In this document: positions 45,721 to 58,144 of the stretch, piece after piece | How the letters are laid out: every line of letters begins with the position of its first letter | How positions within the stretch are numbered: position 1 is the first letter of the stretch | Assembly (NCBI RefSeq): GCF_030028105.1 | Contig: NC_092375.1 | Location: 102,044,902-102,108,901 of the forward strand | Direction: 5' to 3' | DNA length: 64,000 nucleotides | Source of the DNA: Mobula birostris | Taxonomy: Eukaryota | Position numbers and translations under genes: made by a program | Notes under the pieces: model-generated | What the model was told of the DNA's origin: nothing | The model's database searches: none | Seen by the model: only the letters and a program-made list of their open reading frames with translations

Positions 45721-46717
45721 AGCATAACCTGCACAGGTCCATTCTCTTGTGTGCCTCAGTGCTAGACTTTAGCCTCCACCTATGTGCATAGATAAGCATA
45801 GTCTGCATACTGTAGTGCAATAGCTAAAGTTGGACTGACCTTGGTTCCAGGGAAGAGACGACATAGGTTAAACAGGTCTCCATTTGTTCTTCAGATCAGC
45901 TCCATTCTAGCAAGATGCTTATGCATGAGGCACAGCAAGAAGGATTGAGATTAGTGTTGAGACGATGACATAACCTTACCTGTCACTGGTCTGTATTGAG
46001 GATGCATCAGTTGTGCACCTCTTTGTTAACATATAGCTTGACTGCCATCATGCACACTTGATCGGTTGAATTGCCTAATTCTGCTCCTATATCTATGGTT
46101 TTATTCAGCAAAAGTAAATTGTGACAGAATCTACTGACAGCTCACCCCAGTGTGAGGTTGATTGATTTACAGGCAGACTTTAATAAGATTATAGTAGTCG
46201 ATACTGCTGTTGTATTTCTTTTGGAGTTGACGTGTCTTTTCTGACTAAGGTTGGATGGGCTCGTCTTTGTAGTTGGGTCTCAGACCTTCAACTACTGTGA
46301 AGAAGTAGCTGGGAGCCCTGACAATTGGATTTGACTCCTTTCTTGAAAGTGGTTATGATTACAGCATCTCTGAGGACTCCTGTCATTTGTCTCACTGTGA
46401 TTCACATCCCTCTGCCTTTCCTATCCATGCACTTCTCAAAATCAACCTTCAAATGTTGTTAATGTACCACATCTCTGGCAGCTCGTTCCATATATGCACC
46501 ACCCTGTTTGAAAGTTGTCCCGTGGATTCCTATTAAATCTCTCCCCTCTTACTTTAAACTGATGCCCACTAGTCCTTGATTCTTCAAACCCTGAAAAAGG
46601 CTGGGTGCATTCATGATGTCTACGGTGTTCTTGATTTTATGTGTCTCTATAAATTGACACTCCAACACATAAAGTGAGTCCAAGCTTTCCCTATAATCCA
46701 GTACCTTGAATTGTGGT

Positions 46718-48423
46718 AACACTTTTTCTGCGTCTGTATTTACTAAGGAAGCTGGCATGAAATCTATGAAATTGAGGGAATCAAGTAGTGAGACCATGGA
46801 AACTGTACAGATTGAAAAGGAGGAGGTGCTTGCTGTCTTGAGGAAAATTAAAGTGGATAAATCCCCGGGACCTGACAGAGTGTTCCCTCGGACCTTGAAG
46901 GAGACTAGTGTTGAAATTGCGGGGGCTCTGGCAGAAATATTTAAAATGTCGCTGTCTACCGGTGAGGTGCCGGAGGTTTGGAGAGTAGCTCATGTTGTTC
47001 CGTTGTTTAAAAAAGGATCGAAAAGTAATCCGGGAAATTATAGGCCGGTGAGTTTAACGTCAGTAGTAGGTAAGTTATTGGAGGGAGTACTAAGAGACAG
47101 AATCTACAAGCATTTGGATAGACAGGGGCTTATTAGGGAGAGTCAACATGGCTTTGTGCGTGGTAGGTCATGTTTGACCAATCTGTTGGAGTTTTTCGAG
47201 GAGGTTACCAGGAAAGTGGATGAAGGGAAGGCAGTGGATATTGTCTACATGGACTTCAGTAAGGCCTTTGACAAGGTCCCGCATGGGAGGTTAGTTAGGA
47301 AAATTCAGTCGCTAGGTATACATGGAGAGGTGGGAAATTGGATTAGACATTGGCTCGATGGAAGAAGCCAGAGAGTGGTGGTAGAGAATTGCTTCTCTGA
47401 GTGGAGGCCTGTGACTAGTAGTGTGCCACAGGGATCAGTGCTGGGTCCATTGTTATTTGTCATCTATACCAATGATCTGGATGATAATGTGGTAAATTGG
47501 ATCAGCAAGTTTGCTGATGATACAAAGATTGGAGGTGTAGTAGACAGTGAGGAAGGTTTTCAGGGCCTGCAGAGGGACTTGGACCAGCTGGAAAAATGGG
47601 CTGAGAAATGGCAGATGGAGTTTAATACTGACAAGTGTGAGGTATTGCACGTTGGAAGGACAAACCAACGTAGAACATACAGGGTTAATGGTAAGGCACT
47701 GAGGAGTGCAGTGGAACAGAGGGATCTGGAAATACAGATACAAAATTCCCTAAAAGTGTCGTCACAGGTATATAGGGTCGTAAAGAGAGCTTTTGGTACA
47801 TCGGCCTTTATTAATCGAAGTATTGAGTATAAGAGCTGGAATGTTATGATGAGGTTGTATAAGGCATTGGTGAGGCCGAATCTGGAGTATTGTGTTCAGT
47901 TTTGGTCACCAAATTACAGGAAGGATATAAATAAGGTTGAAAGAGTGCAGAGAAGGTTTACAAGGATGTTGCCGGGACTTGAGAAACTCAGTTAAATAGG
48001 TTGAATCGGTTAGGACTTTATTCCCTGGAGCGTAGAAGAATGAGGGGAGATTTGATAGAGGTATATAAAATTATGATGGGTATAGATAGAGTGAATGCAA
48101 GCAGGCTTTTTCCACTGAGGCAAGGGGAGAAAAAAAACCAGAGGACATGGGTTAAGGGTGAGGGGGGAAAAGTTTAAAGGGAACATTGGGGGGGGGGCTT
48201 CTTCACACAGAGAGTGGTGGGAGTATGGAATGAGCTGCCAGAGGAGGTGGTAAATGTGGGTTCTTTTTTAACATTTAAGAATAAATTGGACAGATACATG
48301 GATGGGAGGTGTATGGAGGGATATGGTCCGTGTGCAGGTCAGTGGGACTAGGCAGAAAATGGTTCGGCACAGCCAAGAAGGGCCAAAGGGCCTGTTTCTG
48401 TGCTGTAGTTTCTATGGTTCTAT
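46718..48423 (+). mobile_element. young 5'-truncated CR1 LINE with uninterrupted RT domain (ORF 46706-47995)
   Basis: 429-aa frame with all RT motifs ([32 protein letters not shown]), a premature stop near 47995, and the 3' tail TTTCTATGGTTCTAT. Confidence 0.95.
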
Positions 48424-48589
48424 TTCCAGCTTAATGGCATCATTCCTATAAAATGGTCACCAAAGGTTTAAGTGCAGCCTGACCAGTGTCTTTTACAGCT
48501 TCAGTGTAACATCCCACAAGGAGAAAATGAAGATTCCACGTTTCTAACATTGAGATTAAACTGAGATGGCTGGAGCTGTGAAGCAATTG

Positions 48590-48868
48590 GGGTGGCACGG
48601 TAGCATAGTGACGAGCACAACACTTTACAGTCCAGGTGATCCAAGTTCAATTCCCGTCGCTGCCTGTACGTTCTCCCTGTGACAACATGGGTTTCCTCTG
48701 TGTGCTCTGGTTTCCTCCCACAGTCCAAAAAACATTAATGGTTGGTAGGTTAATTGTTCATTGTAAATTGTCGTGTGATTGGACTAGGATTAAATCAGGG
48801 GATTGCTGGGTGGTGGGGCTCGAAGGGCCGGAAGGGCTTATTCTGTGCTGTGTCTCAATAAATAAAAC
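48590..48868 (+). mobile_element. tRNA-derived V-SINE/HE1-like SINE with CR1-type tail
   Basis: A-box-like GGTGGCACGGTAG, B-box-like GTTCAATTCCC, V-domain-like GGTTTCCTCCCACAGTCCAAA, tail GAAGGGCCGGAAGGGC...AATAAATAAAA. Confidence 0.8.
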
Positions 48869-48960
48869 TGTTCTACTAATTCCACCACTGTACTGCCCCT
48901 ATGTGGCTTGGCATCATTTGCTACCTTTCTCCTGAAGTATCTTGGGATATTTTATCACAT

Positions 48961-49200
48961 TAAGTAAGGCATCCATTAGTCTTGCGAGACCATGGATCTG
49001 CGCCTGGGAAGTCTTCACTCTCCAGGCGCAGGCCTGGGCAAGGTTGTATGGAAGACCGGCAGTTGCCAATGCTGCAAGTCTCCCCTCTCCACGACACCGA
49101 AGTTGTCCAAGGGAAGGGCAAGGGCCGATACAGCTTGGCACCAGTGTCGTCTCAGAGCACTGTGTGGTTAAGTGCCTTGATCAAGGACACAACACACAAC
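48961..49200 (-). mobile_element. 5'-truncated CORE-type SINE with RTE-like tail
   Basis: Minus GTGTCCTTGATCAAGGCACTTAACC (CORE-like) ... CAGATCCATGGTCTCGCAAGACTAATGGATGCC. Confidence 0.55.
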
Positions 49201-49449
49201 ACATTAAAGGTACTATATAAATGCAGTTGTTGTTATTTCTATCCTTTGTTAGTTTTACCCTACCAATGTGTTGCTACAATAGTAATCCTGCAAGATATAC
49301 ATTTATGTAAATAGGATACAAGAGGAACCGCAGATTCAGACTTTTGCTGTGTGTATTTGGCTGAGGAATCATTGCTGTAAAGCTATCATCCTGAATTCCT
49401 CTAAGTCTGAATCCATCCTAAGGGTATCAAACATCTTGCATCTAAACAG

Positions 49450-49700
49450 TGGGGTGGTATAGTAGCGTAGTGGTTCGCATAATGTTATTACAGCACCAAC
49501 GACTCAGATTCAGTTCTGCCGTTGTCTGTAAGGAGTTTATATATTCTCCCTGTGACCCCATGGCTTTCCTCTGGGTGCTCTGGTTTCCAAAGACATTCAG
49601 GTTACTAGGCTAATTGGTCACATGGGTGTAATTGGGCAGCACAGGCTCACGGGCTGGAAGGTCCTGTTACCATGCTGTGTCTCTAAACAAAAGTAAAAAT
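49450..49700 (+). mobile_element. degenerate V-SINE/HE1-like SINE
   Basis: Collinear similarity to 48590-48868. Confidence 0.7.
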
Positions 49701-49771
49701 ATAGTACTGGTCATTCGTAAAAATCCCAGCAAATGATACATAAGACACATTGCAGTGAAGCAATATTTTTG

Positions 49772-49777
49772 TTTAAT
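49772..49777 (-). terminator. candidate poly(A) signal ATTAAA for the ADCY transcript
   Basis: Minus-strand ATTAAA at the end of a ~1-kb non-repetitive, UTR-like block, followed by TG-rich AATGTGTCTT. Confidence 0.3.
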
Positions 49778-51049
49778 ACAGTTTATAATAAATTATTGAA
49801 CACATTTCAATTTCCATGGGAAATTACCATAATGTCTGCAAGATGTGGATTAAAAAAGTGCATTTCCCTCTTTATAATTCACTGAAGTTTATCTTTCTGA
49901 TTACATTCCAGCTGTCACAGACCCATAACTGACCCTCTCTGTTGGCCAAATGTAGCTGATCCCTGCTCGCAGACTGCTCATACAGTGCGTGTAATGCTGC
50001 AGTTCATCGGCCCATGGAACCAGATAATTGTTTCAAGAACGCAGGGAAGGATACGGGAGGAAGGGAGGGATTGTGCGAAGCTGGGGAAGGGGACTTGGAG
50101 TGGTAGTGCGGATGGCACAGGAGAGGGTGAGGACCATCGTTGGGTTCAGCATGCAACAAAGCCTTATTGCAAATCAAGATGAGTGCGTTGCTGGAAGAGA
50201 CAGTGTATTACACAGAGAGGGTGCTGTAGTTGGTGCTTGTAATGGCATTAATACATCAGAATAATATACACTGGTGTACGCAGCACTCGCTGTTACCTTT
50301 ACAAAATATAGAATTCTAATTCTCTGCTAAACTTGCAGTAATATTACAAATTCTCTAAAAAAAAAGGTGGTAGATTTGAAAGTGTTTCATCCTCCCCCAC
50401 CAACACTCCCTTGCCCACACCCATATCCTCATCTACTACAGAGGGATGGTTTCACTTTACATGGTTATCGACCCGATGGACAGAACAGTCTCCTTACCTC
50501 TAGAGTCTGGGCTATACAGGGAGCAGCAATGGTTGGTCAAACAAATGCTGGCAAATGGACCAGCTTCACCTACACTGGGTGAAAATTTGGCTTACTTTAA
50601 CTGGGCAGGTGTGTAGTATTGTCACAGTGGTATAGACTGGGTCATCTGAGAGTGGTGTGTACATGTGCATGGGTGTGTGTGAATGTATGTTTGTATATAC
50701 GCATATGTGCATGGATATGTGTATGTATGTCTGTGTTTATGTACACGTATGCTTCTTCTGTCCATCACAAACTAGCCTTTGGCCCAACTAACTTCAATAA
50801 CTGACTGACAACTCTGGACACCAAGGGTATGGCACCAGCCAACATTTTGGCTGCAGGGCCCCATAATTAGACACACCTCCAGTCAATCTGTTCTGCCACA
50901 AACGTGTAATTTCACAAAGTGAAAACTTGTCCTGTAAGGCTGGTCTACATAAAAGTGGGACAAATACAACCCGGAAAATCCCTATGCCATTAATTTACTT
51001 TCAGTCATTGGCAGGATGACACCGGGTATCATCCACAGACTATTAAGTA

Positions 51050-51780
51050 GTTACCAAAGACCTGCTCACCATTGCCCAGTTTGGGGTCTACCAGCAATAC
51101 TTGGCTCCAAACCCCGTATCACTGCTTTGGTCTGCACATGGACAAGAGGCAGCATATGAATGTGCGAGGCACCCTGGTAAAACTGAACTGAATGAGCAGT
51201 GACTGGAGTCACACATCATGCAAAGGAAGATGATAGATCAAACATCCCAGCCCCAGGACCTGAGTGCAGCTGTTCCTTGGGGATATGCCTCGGTCCAACC
51301 AACTTCATCAGACGCATCAGTGATGAGAAACAGGGATCTCTGATGATGTACACTGCTATGGAACAGGTCAAATCTAAACGTATTGAGACCTGTGCAGGAA
51401 CAGTCTGATACTTGGCAAATAACATTTGTACCAGGATTCCCATCCCCATCTAACCACTTCCCTTGACAGTTAATGGGATCATTATTAAACCTGGGGGATT
51501 ACCACAGAACAAAGCTTAACTCGGACCAGCCACATAAATAACGACTGTCCAGAGGCTTAGTGAACAGAGGCAAAAGACACACCTCCCGACACTCCAAAGC
51601 CCTTCCACCATCTACAAGGCACAAGTCAGGAGCGTGATGGAATATTTCCCCATTCGCACAGACAGGTGCAAAGTCAACAGCACTTAAGAAACACAATACC
51701 GTCCAGTTCATAGCGGACCCTTTAATTGCCACCTAATCCACCATATATCTGCATTATGTACCATCAATAAAAGCACTAGT
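51050..51780 (+). mobile_element. highly degenerate LINE RT C-terminal fragment
   Basis: CTTCCACCATCTACAAGGCACAAGTCAGGAGCGTGATGGAATAT encodes STIYKAQVRSVMEY, a CR1/L2-group thumb-domain motif. Confidence 0.55.
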
Positions 51781-51833
51781 TACTTATGTAAACGTCAATA
51801 GCAACTCCCAAAGCCCACAGTCCCTACAATCAA

Positions 51834-52960
51834 CACACATCAAAGTTGCTGGTGGACGCAGCAGGCCAAGCAGCATCTGTAGGAAGAGGTGCAGTCGACG
51901 TTTCAGGCCGAGACCCTTCGTCAGGACTAACTGAAGGAAGAGTGAGTAAGAGATTTGAAAGTGGGAGGGGGAGGGGGAGATCCAAAATGATAGGAGAAGA
52001 CAGGAGGGGGAGGGATAGAGCCAAGAGCTGGACAGGTGATTGGCAAAAGGGGATACGAGAGGATCATGGGACAGGAGGTCCGGGAAGAAAGACAAGGGGG
52101 GGGGACCCAGAGGATGGGCAAGAGGTATATTCAGAAGGGACAGAGGGAGAAAATAGAGAGTGAGAGAAAGAATGTGTGCATAAAAATAAGTAACAGATGG
52201 GGTACGAGGGGGAGGTGGGGCCTTAGCGGAAGTTAGAGAAGTCTATGTTCATGCCATCAGGTTGGAGGCTACCCAGATAAGGTGTTGTTCCTCCAACCTG
52301 AGTGTGGCTTCATCTTTACAGTAGAGGAGACCGTGGATAGACATGTCAGAATGGGAATGAGATGTGGAATTAAAATGTGTGGCCACTGGGAGATCCTGCT
52401 TTCTCTGGCGGACAGAGCGTAGATGTTCAGCAAAGCGGTCTCCCAGTCTGCGTCGGGTCTCGCCAATATATAAAAGGCCACATTGGGAGCACCAGACACA
52501 GTATATCACCCCAGTCGACTCACAGGTGAAGTGTTGCCTCACCTGGAAGGACTGTTTGGGGCCCTGAATGGTGGTAAGGGAGGAAGTGTAAGGGCATGTG
52601 TAGCACTTGTTCCGCTTACACGGATAAGTGCCAGGAGGGAGATCAGTGGGGAGGGATGGGGGGGACGAATGGACAAGGGAGTTGTGTAGGGAGCGATCCC
52701 TGCGGAATGCAGAGAGAGGGAGGGAGGGAAAGATGTGCTTAGTGGTGGGATCCCGTTGGAGGTGGCGAAAGTTACGGAGAATAATATGTTGGACCCGGAG
52801 GCTGGTGGGGTGATAGGTGAGGACCAGGGGAACCCTATTCCTAGTGGGGTGGCGGGAGGATGGAGTGAGAGCAGATGTACGTGAAATGGGGGAGATGCGT
52901 TTAAGAGCAGAGTTGATAGTGGAGGAAGGGAAGCCCCTTTCTTTAAAAAAGGAAGACATC
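51834..52960 (-). mobile_element. Penelope-like element: GIY-YIG endonuclease 3' part plus pseudo-LTR, with 14-bp TSD
   Basis: ORF 52249-52959 contains CKRNKCYTC, VIYCVWC..C..LYIGET and RFAEH. GTCCCTACAATCAA occurs at 51820-51833 and 52970-52983. Confidence 0.93.
51893..51928 (-). ncRNA. minimal type I hammerhead ribozyme motif, intact
   Basis: Minus strand reads AGUC-CUGACGA-AGGGUCUCGGCCU-GAAA-CG-UC-GACU, with perfect stem I AGUC:GACU. Predicted cleavage after GUC, between 51897 and 51896. Confidence 0.78.
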
Positions 52961-53526
52961 TAATCAAATGTCCCTACAATCAAATAGAACAGAGTGATTG
53001 AAACAGTAACCAACTACTTTTCCCCCCTCCCAATATTTTCATTATGCACCCTCTATAAAAGCTCTCAAGTTACTTGCTCAGCATATGCCAATAGCACTCC
53101 CAACACCCACAGTCCCTATAAGGGGATTGAAACAGTAACCAGCTGTTCCCCCTCCACGTAGCAGTTCACCTTGAAGTGAAATAATATTTTAGCATCACTC
53201 GATCCAAATCCTGGAAATTCTGACAGCAGTAACGAGGGAGTCAGAGTTGACGGTTCAAGAAGGCAGTCGCTAGAGTGTAACAGTGGGGATAGGGCATTAA
53301 CAATTAAAGAGGGCTATGCCAACAACGCCTAGCCTATGTCTTGTGAGGGAATCATCTGTATTTGCGTATATGGATCTCTGCATCAGTGTGTGTCTGTGTG
53401 TGTGTGTATACATAGGTGCCAGTCAATCCTTGTGTGGGTATAACTATTATATACATTCCTACAATCTGAAGGAGCAATTCAGTGGGTTAAGCAGCATCTA
53501 TGGAGGAAGAACCCTAACCCTAACCC

Positions 53527-54078
53527 AACCAAGCACAGTCCACTGCCAAGAAGGCCCACCAACGCCTTTACTTCCTGAGAAAACTAAAGAAATTTGGCCT
53601 GTCCCCTAAAACCCTCACTAATTTTTATAGATGCACTGTAGAAAGCATTCTTCTAGGGTGCATCACAATCTGGTATGGAAGTTGGTATCCAAGACCGGAA
53701 GAAGCTGCAGAAGATCGTGAACACGGCGCAGCACATCACACAAACCAATCTTCCGTCCTTGGACTCACTTTACACCGCACGCTGTCGGAGCAGTGCTGCC
53801 AAGATAATCAAGGACACAATGCACCCATCCAACACACTTTTCGTTTCTCTTCCCTCCTGACCCGGATCTGGGTCGTACCCTCCAGATATCCAGACCTGCC
53901 TCTTGGTTTTTTTGCACTACCTTACTTTCCATTTTTCTATTTTCTATTTATGATTTATAATTTAAATTTTTAATATTTACTATCGATTTGTAATCCAAGG
54001 AGCCGGAAGTGCAGAATCAAATATCGCTGTGATGATTGTACGTTCTAGTATCAATTGTTTGGCGACAATAAGGTATAA
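53527..54078 (+). mobile_element. Rex1/Babar-type LINE 3' fragment inserted in a Penelope pLTR remnant
   Basis: NFYRCTVESILLGCIT.WYG and QDRKKLQKIVNTAQHIT motifs. 3' UTR matches 9009-9250. The flanks (53470-53510 and 54080-54120) join as a Penelope pLTR. Confidence 0.85.
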
Positions 54079-54812
54079 ATTGTCGACGTTTCAGTCAAAA
54101 CCTGCATCAAGACTGTGAGCAGAGTGGGCCACAGCATGTTGTAGATATTGATGTCAGTATTCTAATTAGATCCTGTAAACAGTGTGATTTATGTAGTCTA
54201 AATATTGTATATAGGTTTCTGTTGTGATATTGTTGTCATAGAGTGAATGCTACAGAAACAGGCCCTTCAGCCCATCTAGTTTGTGCTGAACTGTTATTCT
54301 GCCTAGTCTTTATCAATCCACACCTGGACCATAGCCCTCAATAGCCCAAACATTCAAACTTCTTTTTAATGTTGCAAACAAAAACGTATCCACCTTTCCA
54401 CTGGCAGCTTGCTCCATCCTCTGAGTGAAGATGTTCCCCCTCAGCTTCCCCTTTAATATTTCACCTTTCACTGAAAAAACTTGGTATGTAAATGACTTGG
54501 CGGAGAGATGAGCCCAGTGGTACAGAGAGGGGAGAGTTGAGACAAGAGTTCGAGGTGTTTGCTGGACTGAAGAGGAGGGTAAAATGACAGGCAGGTTGTG
54601 TCAGATTAGGTAGGGAGGGCTGGAGTTGGGAAAATGGCAAATGGAGGCAGAAAGAAAGAGAACATTTTATCAAGAGGTAGATTGAGCAAGAAGGGGAAGG
54701 TGAAGTTTGAAGACAGCTGATGGAGAGAGATAAGCAGGAACACAAAGGGCTATCAGAGCATGAAACTGACTGTAAAGTAGGAGATAATAACCATCTTCCC
54801 TCCCTACTCTCA

Positions 54813-55507
54813 GGCTACATCCACACTAGACCAGATAATTTTGAAGATGCTGGTTTCACGTAAAAACAATAGGCATCCACACCAGGCATTTATGAAAATA
54901 CCTCTGTCCACACTAAAACGGGTATTTGGGCGAATCTCCTCCCACTGGGCATGCACAGGACACATCTACAGAAAACAAGCGAAGAGGAAATGGTATACTA
55001 TTTCCATTTCTGCTGTGGCATTGCGCTATTTCTATTTGTCAAAAACTAGAATACCTACAACAACAAAAGAAAGAAAGTTTTCAACAATGTCTTCGAGGAA
55101 TACAAAGAAAACCTCCGCTGGAAAAAGCAGACCGGACTTCGTTTGGACAGATGATGAAGTCGAGCTGCTTCTGTGAGTTACAAACGACTACAAAGTCAGC
55201 AGAGCAGTGGAGAATGTGGACTGGGAGTCGTGTCAAACCAAATACGACGACATCCTCGACCGCTATAAAGAACGCTATATGCGTTCAAGAAAATAATGAA
55301 ATGCCGCACTGCCGCCACCCTGTCATGACAGCGTTTTTAAAAAGCTCCAGTTACCCCGTACACACTACAGATTTACACACTCTGGAGAGCATTTTGGAAA
55401 AGCTCTGTTTTTGTGGGAGGAAAACGCCGTTTCAGTGTGGACAGAGGGTCAAAACAAAGAGAAAAAGCTTCGGTCACGGATTTATCCGGTCTAGCGTGGA
55501 TGTAGCC
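54813..55507 (+). mobile_element. non-autonomous PIF/Harbinger element carrying a Myb/SANT-like ORF remnant
   Basis: TIRs GGCTACATCCACACTAGACC / GGTCTAGCGTGGATGTAGCC with 3-bp TSD TCA (54810-54812, 55508-55510). From 55087: MSSRNTKKTSAGKSRPDFVWTDDEVELLL*VTNDYK...VDWES. Confidence 0.85.
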
Positions 55508-55649
55508 TCAGTCTTGGTGCAGTTTTGACCTGTAACATCAACAACTTTTTCTCACAGCAGATAGAGTTCGGTGGTGGGGGTGATATCATTAAAATCTAAT
55601 GGATATTGAAAGTCCAGGTTAGAAAAGACGCGGAGAGGATTCATAGGAG

Positions 55650-55915
55650 GCACAGCCTCTTTTACGCAGAGATGAGGAGGAATTTCTTCAGACGGTGGTG
55701 AATCTGTGCATTTCATTATCAATGAGAGCTGTGGAGGCCAAGTCATTGGCTGTCTTTAAGGCAGAGATTGATAGGTTCCTGATTGGTAAGGGGATTAAGG
55801 GTTACGGGGAGAAGATGTGAGAATGCGGTTGAAGAAAAAGCCATGATTGATTGATTGAATGGTGGAGCAGACCCAATGGGCCGAATGTCCTAATTCTGCT
55901 CTTATGTCTTATGAT
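55650..55915 (+). mobile_element. CR1 3' end
   Basis: GAGATGAGGAGGAATTTCTT...CTAATTCTGCTCTTATGTCTTATG tail. Confidence 0.75.
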
Positions 55916-56039
55916 CTTCAAGCCTCTTTTAGTGTTAATGAGTGGTTAATGGTCAGCACTGACCCAATGGGCTGAAGGGCATCTTTCCTTGCTGTTTCTC
56001 TTTAAGATTCTTTGTCAAGCATTTAAAGCAAGCATTTAA

Positions 56040-58144
56040 AGATCGCATGAATGAACAATTGTTCATCCCAGTTTGGCAAAAGAATAAATCAAGGAAGGTA
56101 GTGCATCCGTGGCTGACAAGGGAAATTAGGGATAGTATCAATTCCAAAGAAGAAGCATACAAATTAGCCAGAAAAAGTGGCTCACCTGAGGACTGGGAGA
56201 AATTCAGAGTCCAGCAGAGGAGGACAAAGGGCTTAATTAGGAAGGGAAAAAAAAATTATGAGAGAAAACTGGCAGGGAACATAAAAACTGACTGTAAAAG
56301 CTTTTATAGATATGTGAAAAGAAAAAGATTGGTTAAGACAAATGTAGGTCCCCTACAGACAGAAACAAGTGAATTGATTATGGGGAGCAAGGACATGGCA
56401 GATCAATTGAATAACTACTTTGGTTCTGTCTTCACTAAGGAGGACATAAATAATCTTCCGGAAATAGTAGGGGATCGAGGGTCCAGTGAGATGGAGGAAC
56501 TGAGGGAAATACATGTTAGTAGGGAAGTGGTGTTAGGTAAATTGAAGGGATTAAAGGCAGATAAATCCCCAGGGCCAGATGGTCTGCATCCCAGAGTGCT
56601 TAAGGAAGTAGCCCAAGAAATATTGGATGCATTAGTGATAATTTTTCAAAACTCTTTAGATTCTGGACCAGTTCCTGAGGATTGGAGGGTGGCTAATGTA
56701 ACTCCACTTTTTAAAAAAGGAGGGAGAGAGAAACCGAGGAATTATAGACCAGTTAGCCTGACATCGGTGGTGGGGAAAATGCTAGAGTCAGTTATCAAAG
56801 ATGTGATAACAGCACATTTGGAAAGCAGTGAAATCATCGGACAAAGTCAGCATGGATTTGTGAAAGGAAAATCATGTCTGATGAATCTCATAGAATTTTT
56901 TGAGGATGTAACTAGTAGAGTGGATAGGGGAGAACCAGTGGATGTGGTATATTTGGATTTTCAAAAGGCTTTTGACAAGGTCCCACACAGGAGATTAGTG
57001 TACAAACTTAAAGCACACGGTATTGGGGGTAAGGTATTGATGTGGATAGAGAATTGGTTGGCAGACAGGAAGCAAAGAGTTGGGAATAAACAGGACCTTT
57101 TCAGAATGGAAGGCAGTGACTAGTGGGGTACCGCAAGGCTCAGTGCTGGGACCACAGTTGTTTACAATATATATTAATGACTTAGATGAGGGAATTAAAT
57201 GCAGCATCTCCAAGTTTGCGGATGACACGAAGCTGGGCGGCAGTGTTAGCTGTGAGGAGGATGCTAAGAGGATGTAGGGTGACTTGGATAGGTTAGGTGA
57301 GTGGGCAAATTCATGGCAGATGCAATTTAATGTGGATAAATGTGAGGTTATCCACTTTGGTGGCAAAAACAGGAAAACAGATTATTATCTGAATGGTGGC
57401 TGATTAGGAAAAGGGGAGGTGCAACGAGACCTGGGTGTCATTATACACCAGTCATTGAAAGTGGGCATGCAGGTACAGCAGGCGGTGAAAAAGGCGAATG
57501 GTATGCTGGCATTCATAGCAAGAGGATTCGAGTACAGGAGCAGGGAGGTACTACTGCAGTTGTACAAGGCCTTGGTGAGACCACACCTGGAGTACTGTGT
57601 GCAGTTTTGGTCCCCTAATCTGAAGAATGACATCCTTGCCATAGAGGGAGTACAAAGAAGGTTCACCAGATTGGTTCCTGGGATGACAGGACTTTCATAT
57701 GATGAAAGACTGGATCGACTAGGCTTATACTCGTTGGAATTTAGAATATTGAGGGGGGATCTTATTGAAACGTATAAAATCCTAAAGGGATTGGACAGGC
57801 TAGATGCAGGAAGATTGTTCCCGATGTCGGGGAAGTCCAGAACGAGGGGTCACAGTTTGAGGATAAAGGGGAAGCCTTTTAGGACCGAGATTAGGAAAAA
57901 CTTCTTCACACAGAGAGTGGTGAATCTGTGGAATTCTCTGCCACAGGAAACAGTTGAGGCCAGTTCATTGTCTATATTTAAGAGGGAGTTAGATATGGCC
58001 CTTGTGGCTAAAGGGATCGGGGGTTTGGGGGAAAGGTTGGTGCAGGGTTCTGAGTTGGATGATCAGCCATGATCATACTGAATGGCAGTGCAGGCTCAAA
58101 GGGCCGAATGGCCTACTCCTGCACCTATTTTCTATGTTTCTATG
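56040..58144 (+). mobile_element. young CR1 LINE ORF2 (RT), frameshifted, antisense to ADCY
   Basis: ORFs 56047-57123, 57080-57277 and 57419-58072 carry consecutive RT motifs. Tail TTTCTATGTTTCTATG. Confidence 0.95.

Noticed and set aside
46706-47995. 429-aa reverse transcriptase ORF as a functional or domesticated gene
   Set aside because: 5'-truncated CR1 with no endonuclease domain or ATG start, and a premature stop before the normal C-terminus.
49985-50804. Short + strand ORFs in unique sequence
   Set aside because: No recognisable homology or splice structure. Better explained as non-coding or UTR sequence of the minus-strand gene.
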